A DNA stretch of 63,168 bases, the filler included, from Craspedostauros australis (lineage: Eukaryota), in the NCBI GenBank assembly GCA_030167865.1. It is 10 parts of 10 records of this genome, joined end to end, with 100 filler letters (N's around TTAATTAATTAA, not from the genome) between each part and the next. Parts side by side here need not be neighbours in the genome. Positions count along the whole stretch, not along the records: positions 56,752 to 61,435 come from JALAGF010003811.1; positions 61,536 to 63,168 come from JALAGF010003824.1; 8 more parts are not named here. The stretch is one strand, 5' to 3'. Numbering within the stretch: position 1 is the stretch's first letter; each line of letters starts with the position of its first letter. A program made the position numbers and the translations under genes. Under the pieces are notes generated by a model that was given only the letters and a program-made list of their open reading frames with translations, searched no databases and was not told the origin of the DNA. Below, piece after piece: positions 60,974 to 63,168 of this stretch.

Positions 60974-61535
60974 AAGAAAGAAATAGTGACACAGTAAAAG
61001 CAAACACTGTAGGGATGCTTGTTGTTGTTGTTGTTGCTGTTGTTGAAGCTGCTGTGTTCACAAGTACTGTTGTGTGGAATGAAGAGTGATGTGCAAAGCA
61101 TCTGACCTGCACAGAATGCAAAACAGTGTCACGATAGCACTAGTTGTGGAGTTTTGTGGGTGGTGAGTCGTGATAAATAGACTAATCTAGAGCACAACCA
61201 AAACCATCCAGACGACTGCTCATCATGCTATATCTCATCAACACGTGGTTTAATATTAAAAAAAATAGTGAATTCGGACGCCTGTCTATCGGTTATTCTG
61301 AATATCGAAGTTGCATTTCTATGAACTTTATTTTTAGCATCGCTTTGGCTTGCTGACTGTCATGTGGTGGATGCCAAAAATTCTTGATTGTGCCCTGCTG
61401 CCGTTCGTTCAGCACCCACTATCATCATCATCATCNNNNNNNNNNNNNNNNNNNNNNNNNNNNNNNNNNNNNNNNNNNNTTAATTAATTAANNNNNNNNN
61501 NNNNNNNNNNNNNNNNNNNNNNNNNNNNNNNNNNN

Positions 61536-62062
61536 AAAGACATGAAGCAGTTCATCGAGAATGAGATGACGAACTACAGCCAGCGCATCACATTTGGTCA
61601 GTCCGACCTGGACAAGGCCATTGCCAAGGCGAAGAAGTTCGGTTTGCCACTGGCCATCCTGTTCACCCACGGACGGCGCCCATGACGAAGTTTCTTTCAA
61701 CCGAGTTCCGTCGTCGCATCCTAATTGCGGAAGTGCCACCAACGAAGAACAACCAAGAGATCATGAAACAGTTCGGCATCTCACAATCGTCCAAAGATGG
61801 GCTGCCGCTGTTGATTGTGATCCCACCGGGCGAACTTGTGGATCTTGTCAACAACAACGATGCTTTTGTCCGCTACGACGGCGCAGAATTCACAAAGCGG
61901 AAGCTCCACAGCTTCTTGTCCCAACACGCGCTGTCGTCTCCAGTTTACAACGCCAAGGAGGTTCCAATGGCAAGTGAGAGCGGCAGCGAAGATCAAGCTA
62001 CAACTTCCACCGAAACTTCAACACAGCAATCTCAAGCCTCCCCCAAGCATGTCGAATTGTAG
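61536..62062 (+). CDS. C-terminal part of a PDI/thioredoxin-like ER protein, 5' truncated, with an apparent frameshift near 61667
   Basis: MKQFIENEMTNYSQRI..LPLAILFT, then in a shifted frame PRTAPMTKFLSTEFRRR..FGI..LPLLIVI..YDG, ending in HVEL (KDEL-like). Confidence 0.55.
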
Positions 62063-62896
62063 CCTTGAGAACATGGGATGTGGACTGTGGAGTGGAATAT
62101 TCTATTTTATTATACATTCACCGGACACATTGCCAGACCTGACTCTCCTCCACTCCACTGTATTCAACTCTACATTTGGTACACTACTCGAAGTACACTC
62201 CTGTCGCAACACCGCGCCTTTGCTTGCTTGGCTAAGGCATGTACACATCGCCATCTGCAACTGCGGCATGGCAAACGTGACGTTTCAATGACGGATCGGA
62301 CGAAGTCTCGACTCACTTCGACCCTGATGGAAATGGAACCTGCAAAGTTAACACAGTTGCGAGTCCAGAGGCGAGGGGAATAGGTAGAGGTATCTAGAGA
62401 GTAGAGCACGAGCAGAGCGGTTTGCTGACGATGACATACAATGAGTGAGAGTACATGATGACCTATTCCGCAAGCGGAGGAGAGACTGCCGTCAACAAGG
62501 AAACACCTCCGACCTTTGAGATTGTTCTGTCGACTTGCTGCCGCACCAGGAGAGTATGGTGGAGCACTTTCATCGAAAGCGCTCGACGTACCCAAATGTA
62601 TGTATTACACGTTGTGCGCGTATGGTACGTACTCGTACGAGGTAGTTGGTGAATGTTCTTGGCTCGGTTGGATGTGCGCGCCACCAACTTGAATCAAATC
62701 TGTTCTCGGAACGAAAGGTGGGCCCTGGAACACCCAACATTTTGTCCGATTTTCACTTTTCTAGCTCGTGACTTACCTTAACGGGACTTCATACACGGCG
62801 TTGAGACAGAAAAGTGAATCAGCCGAAATCCCAAAAAGCATACTTAGGGTTACGCTATTTTACTTCGATTGTGGTTCGTTCACGCGCATCAAGAGA

Positions 62897-63113
62897 GACC
62901 GGACAAAACCGGAGAAACTAGGTCAGACCGGACAGACCGGACAAAATGACCGGACAAAACGGACAGACCGGACAAAACGACCGGACAGACCGGACAGACC
63001 GGACAAAACGGCCGGACAAACCGGACAGACCGGACAAAACGACCGGACAAACCGGACAAAATGACCGGACAGACCGGACAAAACGACCGGACAGAATGGA
63101 TAGACCGGACAAA
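62897..63113 (+). repeat. Irregular tandem array of ACCGGACA with G / AA / AAA(C/T)G spacers
   Basis: More than 15 copies of the CCGGACA/CGGACA core are directly visible. Confidence 0.9.
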
Positions 63114-63168
63114 ATTAACGAACTTAGCGGACACTGTCCGTTAACAGTGTACCCAAACCAGCACTGAA

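Noticed and set aside
62768..63167. ORFs with DRPD/GQTGQ repeats, or a telomeric repeat
   Set aside because: Translations of an irregular DNA repeat; the unit is not TTAGGG-like.

Overview
Eukaryotic DNA, most consistent with a diatom or related photosynthetic stramenopile: short GT-AG introns, bipartite ASAFAP-like plastid presequences and a CoDi-like copia element. It is not one contiguous locus. Nine 100-bp N44-TTAATTAATTAA-N44 spacers join ten contigs, so adjacency across spacers means nothing. Single-copy genes: DUF1769 protein, degenerate hemerythrin-like protein, small membrane protein, TrmA/RlmD methyltransferase, TM9SF/EMP70, plastid PNPase (one intron), LST8, an SDK-rich protein, RluA pseudouridine synthase, a partial PDI/thioredoxin-like gene, and a three-exon selenoprotein U gene with an in-frame UGA that the ORF track misses. 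The 9.3-36.3 kb stretch is four overlapping contigs, best explained as two haplotypes of one HSF - ankyrin - amine oxidase locus; the two ankyrin versions differ by exactly four 34-aa repeats and are strongly diverged inside otherwise identical flanks. Repeats: a degenerate Ty1/copia element with an unexplained upstream ORF, a 61-bp satellite, a Tc1/mariner transposase (DD52D after a -1 shift at an A7 run) and a terminal ACCGGACA array. All family assignments come from motif recognition, not database searches.
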